This document shows, piece by piece, positions 1 through 10,789 of a stretch of 35,424 bases of DNA. A model generated the notes under the pieces. The model made no database searches. It was not told the origin of the DNA and was given only the letters and a program-made list of their open reading frames with translations. Source of the DNA: Phoronis australis (lineage: Eukaryota; Animalia; Phoronida); assembly GCA_002633005.1 (NCBI GenBank), contig NMRA01000135.1, positions 366,877 to 402,300 on the forward strand, written 5' to 3'. The stretch's first letter is position 1, and each line of letters starts with the position of its first letter. The position numbers were made by a program, and so were the translations under genes.

Positions 1-815
1 TTTTTGTGACTTTCACAGAATAGCTTTGTGCCCCCACCCGTGTTTCAAGTTTTTACACACCAACGTGAACTTCAAAACAGACTTTAGCAAGCAACTGCAC
101 CAGTCATGAATTTGTAATCGTGCAAAGTTGAGGTATGTTATATACTGTACATTCTTGTGTGTAGATGTGATGTTACAGACAATAAATCTGCTTTACTAAA
201 CATGCAAGTCTCATGGATTCCCTTTTAAAAATGCTTATTCGGGTTTTTGAGTGTCATCTCTAATGTTCTCATGTGCGAAAACAGATAAAAACAAAGAGTG
301 TCCAGTTTGAAAATTTATAGATACCAAGGCTACGGTAAAGATATGCATATGGTGAAAATCTCCATTAAATTCTGAACAGCTTTCGTGCACACCACTGTTA
401 TGTTAAGTTGATATTACCCCTTCAAATTTCCAATCTAAAAATGTTAGGTCATTAATCTGAGTGACCTTCATAACAGCCCAGTGCACAGCAGCAGTGGTGA
501 CCTACTTAGCTCAGCACACAGGAAAAGTTGTCTGAATAGAGGCTTAGCAGGATAAGGGTTAATATTGCAAAATTGTGGTGGACTTTGTTCAAGTTGATGT
601 TGCTGAAACGCTTAACCATTGGTACCTTTGCAATTAACAGGCTTCATTCAAACTCCTAGAAGGATCATGACTTGACACCTTGCTTAGCATTATGAGTTGT
701 GTGTGGACTGGAATTATTCTGCAAAAGCACCTGTGGACTCAATGGTGGCAACCTTGTTACTTGTACTAAATTGGTGTAGTGTATCACTTCACGTGATATG
801 TGATCCTTCTTGTAG

Positions 816-923
816 ATGGGTGGAGATTTCATACTAGACAAAGATGGCTGTTTGATTCTGTCCTACTGTAGTAAAGATTCAACAGATCGACCGACAGTAG
901 ATTCTTTACTTGACAAGCTACAG
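816..923 (+). CDS. SELENOL: Selenoprotein L paralog (copy A), last full coding exon; upstream exons would lie before the window
   Basis: ttgtag|ATG acceptor and CAG|gtacta donor; translates MGGDFILDKDGCLILSYCSKDSTDRPTVDSLLDKLQ; 7 nt differences in 108 relative to exon 18646-18753 of the complete copy; GGDF..D.DG and S....DRP fit the C-terminus of the AhpC/TSA-like fold. Confidence 0.85.
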
Positions 924-1762
924 GTACTACATGTTAAACAAATTGCGATTGATGTATATTCATTTTTTATGTTGTAGTGACAGAATCTGTGTTTGACAGA
1001 TGGTGTTAAGGGTTTTTTTTTGCACAATAAACACAATCTATAATTGAAATGTGTTTTGTGTAGGATTTAAAGCATTTTTAAACTTCCTTGAGGTTGTCAT
1101 CCATCAATTACGTCTCCTCTTGGTTGGGATGTTCAAATTACTTGTGTAAAGTCTTGAAGTTTTGGGTAAAAGTTTGTTTTATTTTTGTCCAGACATCTCA
1201 ACTTTTTAAATGAAATTTGATACTCGTTCAAGTGGAGGTATTTTTGCATGCCGTGTGTTGAATGTTAGAAATGTTTTGTACTCTGATTTTAAGATGAAGT
1301 ACAGTACAGGTCATGAACTTTCGATGGACAACTGCTCAGAAAAATAGCTGACCAGACTGCTAAATTTCTTTGGCAGACCGATAGCTGACCACACAACAGA
1401 CTGCAATACAGATTTCAATGCGGAGCAAGTTTCTCACTCTTAACTTTTATGATTAGTCTAAGGCCCTGTCACTACAACTCTTCTCATTTTGAAAGCATTT
1501 TTTATTTGCTTTTTCAAAAAAATTCACTTTCGTTTCGTGCAATGATCTGTCTACATCAAAAATATTTTTTGACAATTTTTTTTTCATGTACGAGATGGGT
1601 GGAGGACTGGTTGACGATCACCCGTTGGCTAGTTTCTGACTGGTCAGCCAAGAACTTTGACCTTTGCTGTATGACTATTCATTTCAGCAGCATCATATAT
1701 TATTTAACTTTAACTACTTATTTTTTGACATTTTCCCGTAATTCCCGTCTTTAATATTACAG

Positions 1763-1765
1763 TGA
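1763..1765 (+). CDS. SELENOL: SelL copy A terminal exon start: stop codon only
   Basis: atattacag|TGA acceptor, same arrangement as 19548-19550, followed directly by a SECIS. Confidence 0.65.
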   Translation, partial: 

Positions 1766-1776
1766 AACAGCTGCAT

Positions 1777-1837
1777 GCCACCAGTATGACTGTCGTCTCT
1801 GAAACCTTACAGGGGAGATAACATGAAGTTTGGTGGC
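1777..1837 (+). promoter_or_regulatory. SECIS element, type II, AUGA/AAA/GA (SelL copy A)
   Basis: Helix I GCCACCA/TGGTGGC; core ATGAC (1786)...TGAA (1824); helix II TGTCGTCTCT/GGAGATAACA with one mismatch; AAA at 1802-1804; mini-helix CCT/AGG closing loop TAC. Confidence 0.9.
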
Positions 1838-2153
1838 TAAGCGGTTGCAGTAACTACCTTTTGCTGCTTGTTCGAAAGATTGCTTAATGTTGTTTAACCT
1901 GGTGATGCACAATGTGGTGTCTGTTATAAACAGAGAGTTTTTGGTTATTATGAGACTGGTAGTAATTATTTGTGCACAATTGTGGGAGATTTTTGAAAAC
2001 TTTTATCTGTTGTCATAATATTGTCTGATCACGTTTAAGTCTGTGAAACCTTTTGTCCATTTTGAACATTTATTGAATGCAATAAGTTTTACTTTTAACA
2101 TGGTTTATTCGCACAAATATTTTATGTTTATATATTAAGTATGTATATTGTAA

Positions 2154-2352
2154 AGTGACGAGTCTCCACTGGTAAGACGGGTGTGTTCTATGGATACATT
2201 TCCGTTGTCTGCCTATACAGTGATGAGACTCCACTGGTAAGACGGGTGTGTTCTATGTATACATTTCCGTTGTCTGCCTATACAGTGATGAGACTCCACT
2301 GGTAAGACGGGTGTGTTCTATGGATACATTTCCGTTGTCTGCCTATACAGTG
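2154..2352. repeat. 65-bp tandem repeat, 3 copies
   Basis: ctccactggtaagacggg recurs at 2164, 2229 and 2294; absent from the partner duplicon. Confidence 0.95.
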
Positions 2353-4176
2353 TGGAGACCATGAAATGTAGTTTAGCTTTCAAGTAGTGCAATTTTTTAA
2401 AAAATATATTAAGAAATAAGTTTGAGAGGCAAAGTACGTTTTGGTATTTGACATTGGAGTGGCAATTCAAGGAACAAACTAAACAGAAATGGAGTAAAAC
2501 TGACATTATTGAACCCATAAAATCCAGGTCATGTTGTCACTTCAAATCATGCAGAAGGTGTCCAAGATAGGTTGAAGTATCCATTGATACTAAGACTATG
2601 CAAAAACCTGTGCTACACAGGGACCTGCAAGTAACCATGATCCTAACGAGGAAGATCAAACTGTAGAGCCTTCATGCATTTTAGCATTCAAGTGAACTGT
2701 TCACTTGTTGCTCCAATTGTCTAAATGCTGAGAAGACTTCTCTAATGATACTCAGTGTTGTTAAGTTATGTGTTGAAATCCTGTAAACTACCTCAAGTTT
2801 ATGTGCAAAGAGATTATCAAGATGTAAGTTCAGGTTGCAGATGCGGCCATATTATCACAAATAATCACCAATCTCCTTCCGGATTCCTATTGGCATTTTC
2901 TAGACTAGGCAAGGCTAAACAATCATCCTTTTCACTTGACTTTTATTATTACTAAATAAAGATTTCACTCACTTTCTAATTTGAATTCAAAATTACATTC
3001 ATTTCAAGATTTTTGTAAAAAGTTTATGGGATTTCAGGTATGATGTCGTAATTGATTTTTTTAGTTTCATGTGTGGCAATGCTTTAAAATTTTTTAACAC
3101 TTTAGAGGGTAACACATAAGCACAAACCATTGCTACTAGTCGCCTTGTTGAGGAGAGTGTATTACTTGTGTTTGGTATTGGATGTTTTACAGTTAGCTTA
3201 TCATTTGGGTTTGACAAACATATGAATTAAAAATAGCTTGCTTTGCTTAAAGTTGTATGGTGAATGAGACAGGTGAAATTGAAATTAAACACATTTTGGG
3301 ATGTGTCTTTGCATTTTGTAACAATAATTATGGAAAAATTTATTCAATGTCTCCAGAAACGTCTGAAACACTGGCAGTCCAATACCAGTGATCTTAGCTT
3401 GTCTGTGGAAAAAATTCAAAACTTTGTGAAAACTCAAGTTGTAAAACCATGCCCAGTTTCAATTCCAAGTCGATCAAAAATGAAAAAACAAGGATTCAGC
3501 AATTTTAATGTTGAACTGTATCACAGCTCTGTACACTGTCAGTGTGAAGTACAAATTGTACTAATGACTAGTCATGTCAAATTGTTTGTACTCCCAACTG
3601 CCCTAGACTCTGGTCACCGTGACAGTAGAGGTACTTGTATGGTATCACAACACGTGTTGCTGTCTTCAAACGTGCGTGTTCGTGACATGTCACTTGAGGT
3701 GTTCATGTGGGGTTCAGTGTACAGCTGAGCATTGTTTCAGTTTGCTGGAGACAACTTGAATAATTCCACATGGGAGCAGTCCATGGGATAAGTTTTTGGT
3801 TTCAGCTACAAAATGTATACTTATCAGTTTGATATACTCAGAATTATATGTATCCCTATTGACATCATCAGATAAAAGCGATTTGTGATTTAAAACAACA
3901 CCATGTTATTCACTTATTCCAATATTGACCTATATTTTTCTAATTGAAGATTCGTTGTGGTAGGTCTTTTGAATGGACATTAAAATTACATAGAAAGAAT
4001 AAAATATACAATATAAAACATTATGTTTATTGAGCATTGTAACCAGTCATCATTGGTAGTTATTAATTTTATGCAAACTTAAATTTTTGTTACGGAGAAC
4101 ATTGCACCCTGTGGAGGTTCGAGATATCCATTGCCTCATGTTGGCTTATCCATGTGCACACCAAGTCATTCCATTT

Positions 4177-4217
4177 TCACCTGTACGGACATCCATTTGC
4201 CCAGTGACCTCTGGCAC
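4177..4217 (-). other. Duplicated terminal coding exon of the RNF8-like gene (orphan or alternative last exon)
   Basis: Identical to 21213-21253; intact ctccaccag acceptor, (G)ARGHWANGCPYR*, AATAAA on the minus strand at 4026-4031; the preceding exon was not duplicated. Confidence 0.8.
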
Positions 4218-5527
4218 CTGGTGGAGAGAAATGACACTAAAGACTATGCACAAGTGAAACCAAAAGTAACCCAGTTAACCATCGAAATTATAGGTGGCTA
4301 TGCATAGTGTGATATCAGTCTAGAATCATTGTAGAGTTGTGCTATTCGATTAAAAGGTTCAGGCAGAGTGCTGCCTAGTCTTGCCACGAAATGTATTCTC
4401 CATCCAAAACATTTACGTTTCTGCACAACGCACATCACCAACAAAAGCTACAGTGCATTTTATTAGAAATAAAAACAAATTAAAGAAGCAACACACACCT
4501 TAGGCTCATTTTTGTAATGTCTTGCAATTAATATTCCCTACTAAGTTTGACTTATTAAATAGAGTAAGAATCGAGGAGTTTTAATCTCAACTCTCCATTA
4601 TGAAAAGCAAAAAATGACCCATTTGAAGTTAATCTACCGTCAAACACAATCCATTAAAAGGACATGCCGATTCAATTCCGGAGCATGTGGCATGTTTAAC
4701 TGTCAATAAGTAAACAAAAGAACGTGGAAATGAAGATTATAGTGACTGCCCAATTTTACTAAATATGCATTACTCCAATCACATTGAATGTTTCCAGTAA
4801 ACTGCCAAATTTCACAATGAAATCTAATAGGTCAATTTTGTAGCCTCTAGTAAAGTTTGATGGTCGCTGTCCTGACTCAAAGATCTATAACAAAATCTAA
4901 AACATTGGACTCCAAAAAGATTCACACACATCCGTAAAACTGCGTGTTTTCTTGATGGCATACACACTGTAGCTTCGTCTGATCTCCTGCAAAGACAACG
5001 TGATATATTGAATATGCATTCAACAACATTAAGCTTTCAATCCAAATGATCCTTTATGAGGTCAAGTTAGTTGAAGGAGTCCGCCCTCTATGCTTGGCGT
5101 GTTCATACTAATCTTTGATATAATTGTCCTCTACGTAGGCTACCCCGCACACTGGCAGGCTCCGTAAAACTTGTTGAAAAAGTACCGCCCACCCGCAACA
5201 GGTTGCTACAGGCCAGCAGGCACCTTATTGGACAATATGAGTGAACCCCCGGAAATTTACAGTCTTTTCCGCTACGTTTCCCAGGGCTTTTAGAAAACTA
5301 GTTCTCGAGTGGACACTATTAACTATACATTTTGACTTTTAAGAGGAATGAATTAAAATTCATTTTGTGACTTTTATGAGGCTGCTGTGTTGCGACAAAA
5401 ATTGGAAAACATGAGGACGGCCGCACCGTGTCTGCTCGGTGAAGAAAACACCCCCCGACACGGCGCTCCTCAGCCTGGTCTCATCGGCACCTCCAAAAGC
5501 CACCTGGTTGCAAATACCGGAATGTAC

Positions 5528-6022
5528 CAGTGGCGGATTTGGGGGGGGGGGGCAAAGGGGCCATAGGCCCCTCTAAAATCGTTCTCCCGGCAGATACCAT
5601 TTAGCGACTATCAAGGTCGGGGCCGGTGCGAAGTTGGCGGCGGACTCATGCGCGCACCCCGGGAGCTCGGGGGGCGAATGCACAATGCATAGCCTTTGAA
5701 AAAAACCCGTTTGCCGTTTTTTTTAGTAATAAGGGCCACAAACCCTAAAATTCGAGACCCGCTGCATCCCTACCCTTCGGGCTGGACGCTCGCACTAATG
5801 GTGGCGAAATTTTGGTTAGGCCTGTGCCCTGGCCCCGCTAACTCAAAATTCTGGATACGCCCCTGTGTNTTGCCGTTTTTTAGTAATAAGGGCCACAAAC
5901 CCTAAAATTCGAGACCCGCTGCATCCCTACCCTTTAGGCTGGACGCTCGCACTAATGGTGGCGAAATTTTGGTTATTCCTGTGCCCTGGCCCTGCTAACT
6001 CAAAATTCTGGATACGCCCCTG
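5528..6022. mobile_element. Non-autonomous TIR element (hAT-like MITE)
   Basis: Imperfect TIRs CAGTGGCGGAT / ATACGCCCCTG; TGTAC flanks both ends (5523-5527, 6023-6027); related copies at about 30003-30275 and 30826-31240; right part duplicated across the N at 5869. Confidence 0.75.
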
Positions 6023-6029
6023 TGTACTG

Positions 6030-6500
6030 CCGCTAAAGCCACCGCCACCACAAACCCCCACTACCGGCACCACCCGGCACGGCGCGTTGCGCCGAACAGC
6101 CTCATCTGGGCTTGGGTTCCTTGCCCCGGCCCGGGGGCGTTGAGTGAGATCTCGAGTAGATAATGATCATCGTCCATTATCACAAAAGATGTCGCTGTAG
6201 TCGGTTGGTGGACCCGAAGTGTTTGCCTACTATACGTAGCAGACCGTAGCGTCTTTGTACGTAGTAAACGACCATTGTCCAGAACAATGAGCTTTTTTCA
6301 GAAAAAATGGTCATTGTTGTCTAGATCTCGAAATGAGAGGCTTACGAGATTTAATGAGATTTTTGGTCAAACCGGTTTATTGTGGTGGGGTCGGGGAATA
6401 TAATAGCGGATCTCGGGCGTTCACTCTGCGCACTGAACACTCTGAGCGCCAAACAGCAGCTTTACAGTGAGGGTTCTTGTTCAGGCGTAAAGACATTGAA
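6030..6500 (+). promoter_or_regulatory. Candidate promoter region of SelL copy B
   Basis: CpG-rich stretch 0.4-0.8 kb upstream of the ATG exon with repeated GATCTCG/GAGAT motifs; possible 5'UTR donor GAG|gtaaag at 6739/6740. Inference only. Confidence 0.35.
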
Positions 6501-6882
6501 CAGAAATCTGTGTAAGCATTAATTTTTGTTTACTTCGTAATCACGAACCACTGGATACGGCAAAAGTTATGTACGATCTCAAATTTGGTGAGCAATTCGT
6601 GGTGACCATGCAAAAGTTTCATGCATGCGAATTTCCCCATAAGTATAGCAAGTCGGGGATTAAACTTCACAATATATTGAGGAAAAATATCTAATCTGAC
6701 AAATTCAAGTTTGGAAACCATTGAAGAGGATTGATTGAGGTAAAGAGATCAACATTGGTTGTGGAATATTGTTTGGTGAAGAGAACTTGTCTGTTCTGAC
6801 TTCTGTTTTTCAATTCCACTTGTTTAATTATTTATTTTTCAGATTCCAACACAACATGTAGACAAACTGCTTTCAATCTAAT

Positions 6883-6979
6883 ATGTCATTTCCAAGCAAG
6901 GAAAACGTGTTGGTTGCCTTGACTGAATTACACTCTGAGACACTCCGCATTTTGACAACAGCCAAGAGTTTGTCAAAAG
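6883..6979 (+). CDS. SELENOL: Selenoprotein L coding exon 1
   Basis: Acceptor tttttcag ends at 6842, ATG 6883, MSFPSKENVLVALTELHSETLRILTTAKSLSK, donor G|gtaatt phase 1, compatible with the next exon. Confidence 0.75.
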
Positions 6980-8148
6980 GTAATTTTTTATCATTAATTA
7001 AGACTTTGTACTTTGGCCAGTCATGCAAGACATTAAAGCATCACTCTTAGGCTTCCTTGTCTTTGTTTTTTGAATTTTTGTCAGAACTCTTTCGGAGGAA
7101 TTCAATTAGAATGCCAGGTTGAAATCTATTGAAATTCATTGATTTTTCTGTTGATATTATTCTAAACAATTTTTTAAGGACCTTTTTTGTTCTTAAAATA
7201 ACAAGGTTTGTCTTCAAAAATCTCACCAATTTAAGAAATGACAGACAAGTGAAATTTTATCTTTCAAATATTTTCATGAAAGATAAATAGCACCAAATCT
7301 ATATTATTTGCCAATGCCACTGTAATCGACAAGGTAATGTTTTGATAAACTGTGGGCATTCACAAAATAGAAGCCTTTGAAAATGAAAAAAAATCAATAT
7401 TTTATATTTTCTTCTGAATGGTCTACTGTTTTTGAATTTTGTTTCATTAATATTGGTAATTGCTCACTTGTCACTCAAGTATTTTCCATCTTAAACATGA
7501 GAAATTCTCGCGAACAAAATCATTCAAAATACTAGGATTTGCCTGGCAGTGGCAGTGTTGAGTTTGTGGATTGCAGTCTCATTCGATGAATTAGTGGTGT
7601 CTTGCCACCAGGTGCTGAAACGGCTTGGCTAAGTTTGTGAGTCAGCTCACCATTAACTGCCAAACAATACACAGTAGAAATTGATGACTTAACATTCCTG
7701 TAGGGGAGTGAAACAGAAATCTAGTTTTGAAAACAAAATGTCACCTAAAATCATTTGAGAAAGTTCTGAAAAAGAGCAGAAGCATAAATCTGAACTATAC
7801 TAGTCAATATGCTTGCTCAATGGAAACTTTTAAAAGGTAAAGTATAGCTTTCTATAATTTAATTTTGTTTTACAATTATTGCTCTCATTAAGAATCAGGT
7901 TTCCATAGACTTACTGCCTGGGTATCACACCCATTTAAACCCCTTAAAATCGGAAGCAGCAAAAATGAAGTCCAATAGTTGCTTGGCATCTCTTTTAAAG
8001 GTCCATTGTTGCAGGAGAAAGTCATGTATTTTTCATCTGAAAACATACACATGTAGCAACTATATGCTTACTGAACCTGACAATTTTGTTAGAAAGTTAA
8101 TGTTTGTGCAGGCTTACAGTAGTAAATACATGTACTTATTTATTGCAG

Positions 8149-8281
8149 ATTCTGTGGAGGAGTTTGTTTCTTCTAAGATATGGTGCATGTTTAATTTTGC
8201 TGTGGTGTTGGCCAAAGCCTTCAAGGACCTTGGAATCTCTACAAAGGTAGAACTGAATAAAGCCTGTGAAGCTCATTTCAG
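8149..8281 (+). CDS. SELENOL: Selenoprotein L coding exon 2
   Basis: tattgcag acceptor, DSVEEFVSSKIWCMFNFAVVLAKAFKDLGISTKVELNKACEAHFR, AG|gtaaac; phases 1 to 2. Confidence 0.8.
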
Positions 8282-8761
8282 GTAAACTTCTAGGGGTACT
8301 TAATACATATTTATTAGGGCTGGTAATCACTTGCTAGTGCTTCCCTCTAGTAGTCAGGTGCGGAACTAGACTTTCCCCAGTTGACATCCATCTTGCCATT
8401 TTGCATAAAATGGCAATGGCTAAGTTTCCACATTCATGGGTTTCAGTTTAAGTCTACCGCAACAAGGGTTTGTCCGTTATACACATCCTTAGAAATCATT
8501 GCGTGACTTCAAATTTTAGTAATGTATAAGTTGCAACAAATAATATTGCTGTAGCTGACTAATTTACTGTTATGTTAGTAATGTGTTTGACACTGGAAAA
8601 TTCTGTGAGCGAGTGTAATGTAGCTTTAAGAAATGGCTAAGTTCCATGTAAAGGGCAGCTAATTTATGTGTAGAAGCTTGTGTTATCCTGCACTGAAATT
8701 GTTCTGCACTATTTAATTCTGTTCAAGCTGAAGAATCTGTTCATGTGCACATCTTTTTCAG

Positions 8762-8807
8762 ACATGCTGATGTCAGCGAGATTGTTGAAGACTTTTGGAA
8801 AACTGAG
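8762..8807 (+). CDS. SELENOL: Selenoprotein L coding exon 3
   Basis: ctttttcag acceptor, HADVSEIVEDFWKTE, GAG|gtactg; phases 2 to 0 bridge exons 2 and 4. Confidence 0.8.
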
Positions 8808-9275
8808 GTACTGAAACGTTTTCACAATCTATTAGCACAACAACTGAAAAATAATATACTCTGAATTAATTAGCATGTACATTGCATTATCACGCTCGTG
8901 CTATTGTTCACAAAAACAATATGCACATGAGTAAATTCCGCGAAGAGGTACAATCACAGTGATGTCGAAAACATGATAATTTATGTTTGTTTCTGTGGTT
9001 TTTAAGCGGTGAACACAGTTTTATTATAAAGTTAACAGAAATAGTTTCATGTGGTTATCTTTCCAAGTTTTTATAGAATTCACAGTTTGATCTCAAAATC
9101 GAACGACGGACGTGAAAGTGTGACATTCGTAACGAAGTTAAAATCCTTGCACAAGGCTGCAATTCTGGTTTGTTTATTTTAAATCTTTAAAGAAGTGAAT
9201 AAAATAGTTAGAACTCATTGCAGATCTTTCCATAACACTGTATAATTAGCCCAATTAATTACTTTCAAATGTGAT

Positions 9276-9334
9276 TATGGGCATGACGCGTTTCGTCAAA
9301 CCCGCGGACGAACTTCAGACGGATGATTCCCATA
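9276..9334 (-). ncRNA. Degenerate minimal hammerhead-ribozyme-like motif (Penelope-type)
   Basis: Minus strand: TATGGG..CGT CTGAAG TTC GTC-CGCGGGTTT-GAC GAAAC GCGTC ATG CCCATA; core deviates from CUGANGA at the last A. Confidence 0.35.
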
Positions 9335-9550
9335 TTGCCGATGGCTGGTGATTTCAAATTGGTTTGTCTAGAACAACTTTAAGCAACACCGAAATGTCAG
9401 GACTAGTTTTTTTCGAAGTGCACAATGATTTTGTTTAACATAACGCTTCACTCAAAAGCAACTATGTGAATTCCATCATACAATCACTAGGTTATTGCCA
9501 TCTAAATTTGAACATTTTTCAAAGTACAACACTTTACTAAGCTAGACAAC

Positions 9551-10211
9551 AGATACATTGTGTCTGTCTAGATACATTGCGTCTGTCTAGATACATTGCG
9601 TCTGTCTAGATACATTGCGTCTGTCTAGATACATTGCGTCTGTCTAGATACATTGCGTCTGTCTAGATACATTGCGTCTGTCTAGATACATTGCGTCTGT
9701 CTAGATACATTGCGTCTGTCTAGATACATTGCGTCTGTCTAGATACATTGCGTCTGTCTAGATACATTGCGTCTGTCTAGATACATTGCGTCTGTCTAGA
9801 TACATTGCGTCTGTCTAGATACATTGCGTCTGTCTAGATACATTGCGTCTGTCTAGATACATTGCGTCTGTCTAGATACATTGCGTCTGTCTAGATACAT
9901 TGCGTCTGTCTAGATACATTGCGTCTGTCTAGATACATTGCGTCTGTCTAGATACATTGCGTCTGTCTAGATACATTGCGTCTGTCTAGATACATTGCGT
10001 CTGTCTAGATACATTGCGTCTGTCTAGATACATTGCGTCTGTCTAGATACATTGCGTCTGTCTAGATACATTGCGTCTGTCTAGATACATTGCGTCTGTC
10101 TAGATACATTGCGTCTGTCTAGATACATTGCGTCTGTCTAGATACATTGCGTCTGTCTAGATACATTGCGTCTGTCTAGATACATTGCGTCTGTCTAGAT
10201 ACATTGCGTCT
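9551..10211. repeat. 19-bp minisatellite (AGATACATTGCGTCTGTCT) x about 35
   Basis: Near-perfect head-to-tail units with no spacers; ends at the N at 10212, so the true length is unknown. Confidence 0.98.
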
Positions 10212-10212
10212 N

Positions 10213-10360
10213 ACGAAATTCGGACACTAGCGGAAACCCAAATTTGGAGGTCCGCCAAATTCGGACACCACAAAATGATATTTCGCGAGATTCGTCCAAG
10301 AATGAATTTTTTCTATTGGAATTAATTTTCAGTGTCCGAAAATCACGCGACTTTACCGTA
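10213..10360. mobile_element. Right end of a TA-flanked MITE
   Basis: aattcggacac twice plus inverted gtgtccgaaa, ending ..ctttaccg|ta; left end not visible. Confidence 0.4.
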
Positions 10361-10789
10361 CTGCTTACGCTAGCCAAATTGTAAGAAAAACTGCAGATCT
10401 AGCAATGGGTGGTCCACTGCATGTCAGCAGTGCAGTGGGTGGCATCAGTTATTGGGAGTAAAACCGGGGGCATGCTGGGGGTGGACATACCGTGGACATT
10501 GATGCCGTAATGCATCACTTTACTTGATAGCTTGTTGAAGTTGATGGTGATGAGATTCTCCTTAAGTTCATGATTAAAAGTGGTGAAAATGTATATTGAT
10601 GAGCTGACGACCAACAGCGGAATATTCCACACACCTATTGGCATCATTTGTAAACTGAAGTCCTGAGCTACTAAATGGGAGACAATAACTACGGTAGAAA
10701 GATTAATAAATAATGGACTCTTCGCGTGCGTATTACTGGGATTGTTAAGAGAAGTTATTGACAGCAACCCGTTTACCAATATGAGAAAT

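Larger units (their letters stand above)
563..4925. repeat. Segmental duplication, copy A (partner 18397-21968)
   Basis: Collinear similarity with indels from ttgc..tgtggtggactt through the SelL last exons, SECIS, intergenic DNA and RNF8-like last exon to tggactccaa; boundaries approximate. Confidence 0.95.

Noticed and set aside
1-562. piggyBac-like right end (AGGG|TTAA at 555-562) where duplicon similarity begins
   Set aside because: Suggestive, but the left TIR is not in the window, so it cannot be supported as a feature
3264-3728. 154-aa plus-strand ORF
   Set aside because: No recognisable domain; lies in a segment absent from the partner duplicon, probably an insertion
4890-5000. Possible minus-strand exon after a gtctttgcag acceptor near the duplication breakpoint
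   Set aside because: Short frames, no donor, and no recognisable product
5710-6024. Tandem duplication across the N at 5869 and ORFs 5696-5905 and 5865-6143
   Set aside because: Duplication centred on an assembly join, so likely a contig overlap or haplotype artefact; the ORFs lie in a MITE
9551-10211. CRISPR-like array
   Set aside because: Units are contiguous with no unique spacers, the context is a eukaryotic intron, and there are no cas genes
10399-10779. 126-aa minus-strand ORF
   Set aside because: No recognisable domain; the plus strand has stop-riddled coding-like fragments (LVEVDGDEILLKFMIKSGENVY) suggesting a decayed transposon remnant that I cannot assign
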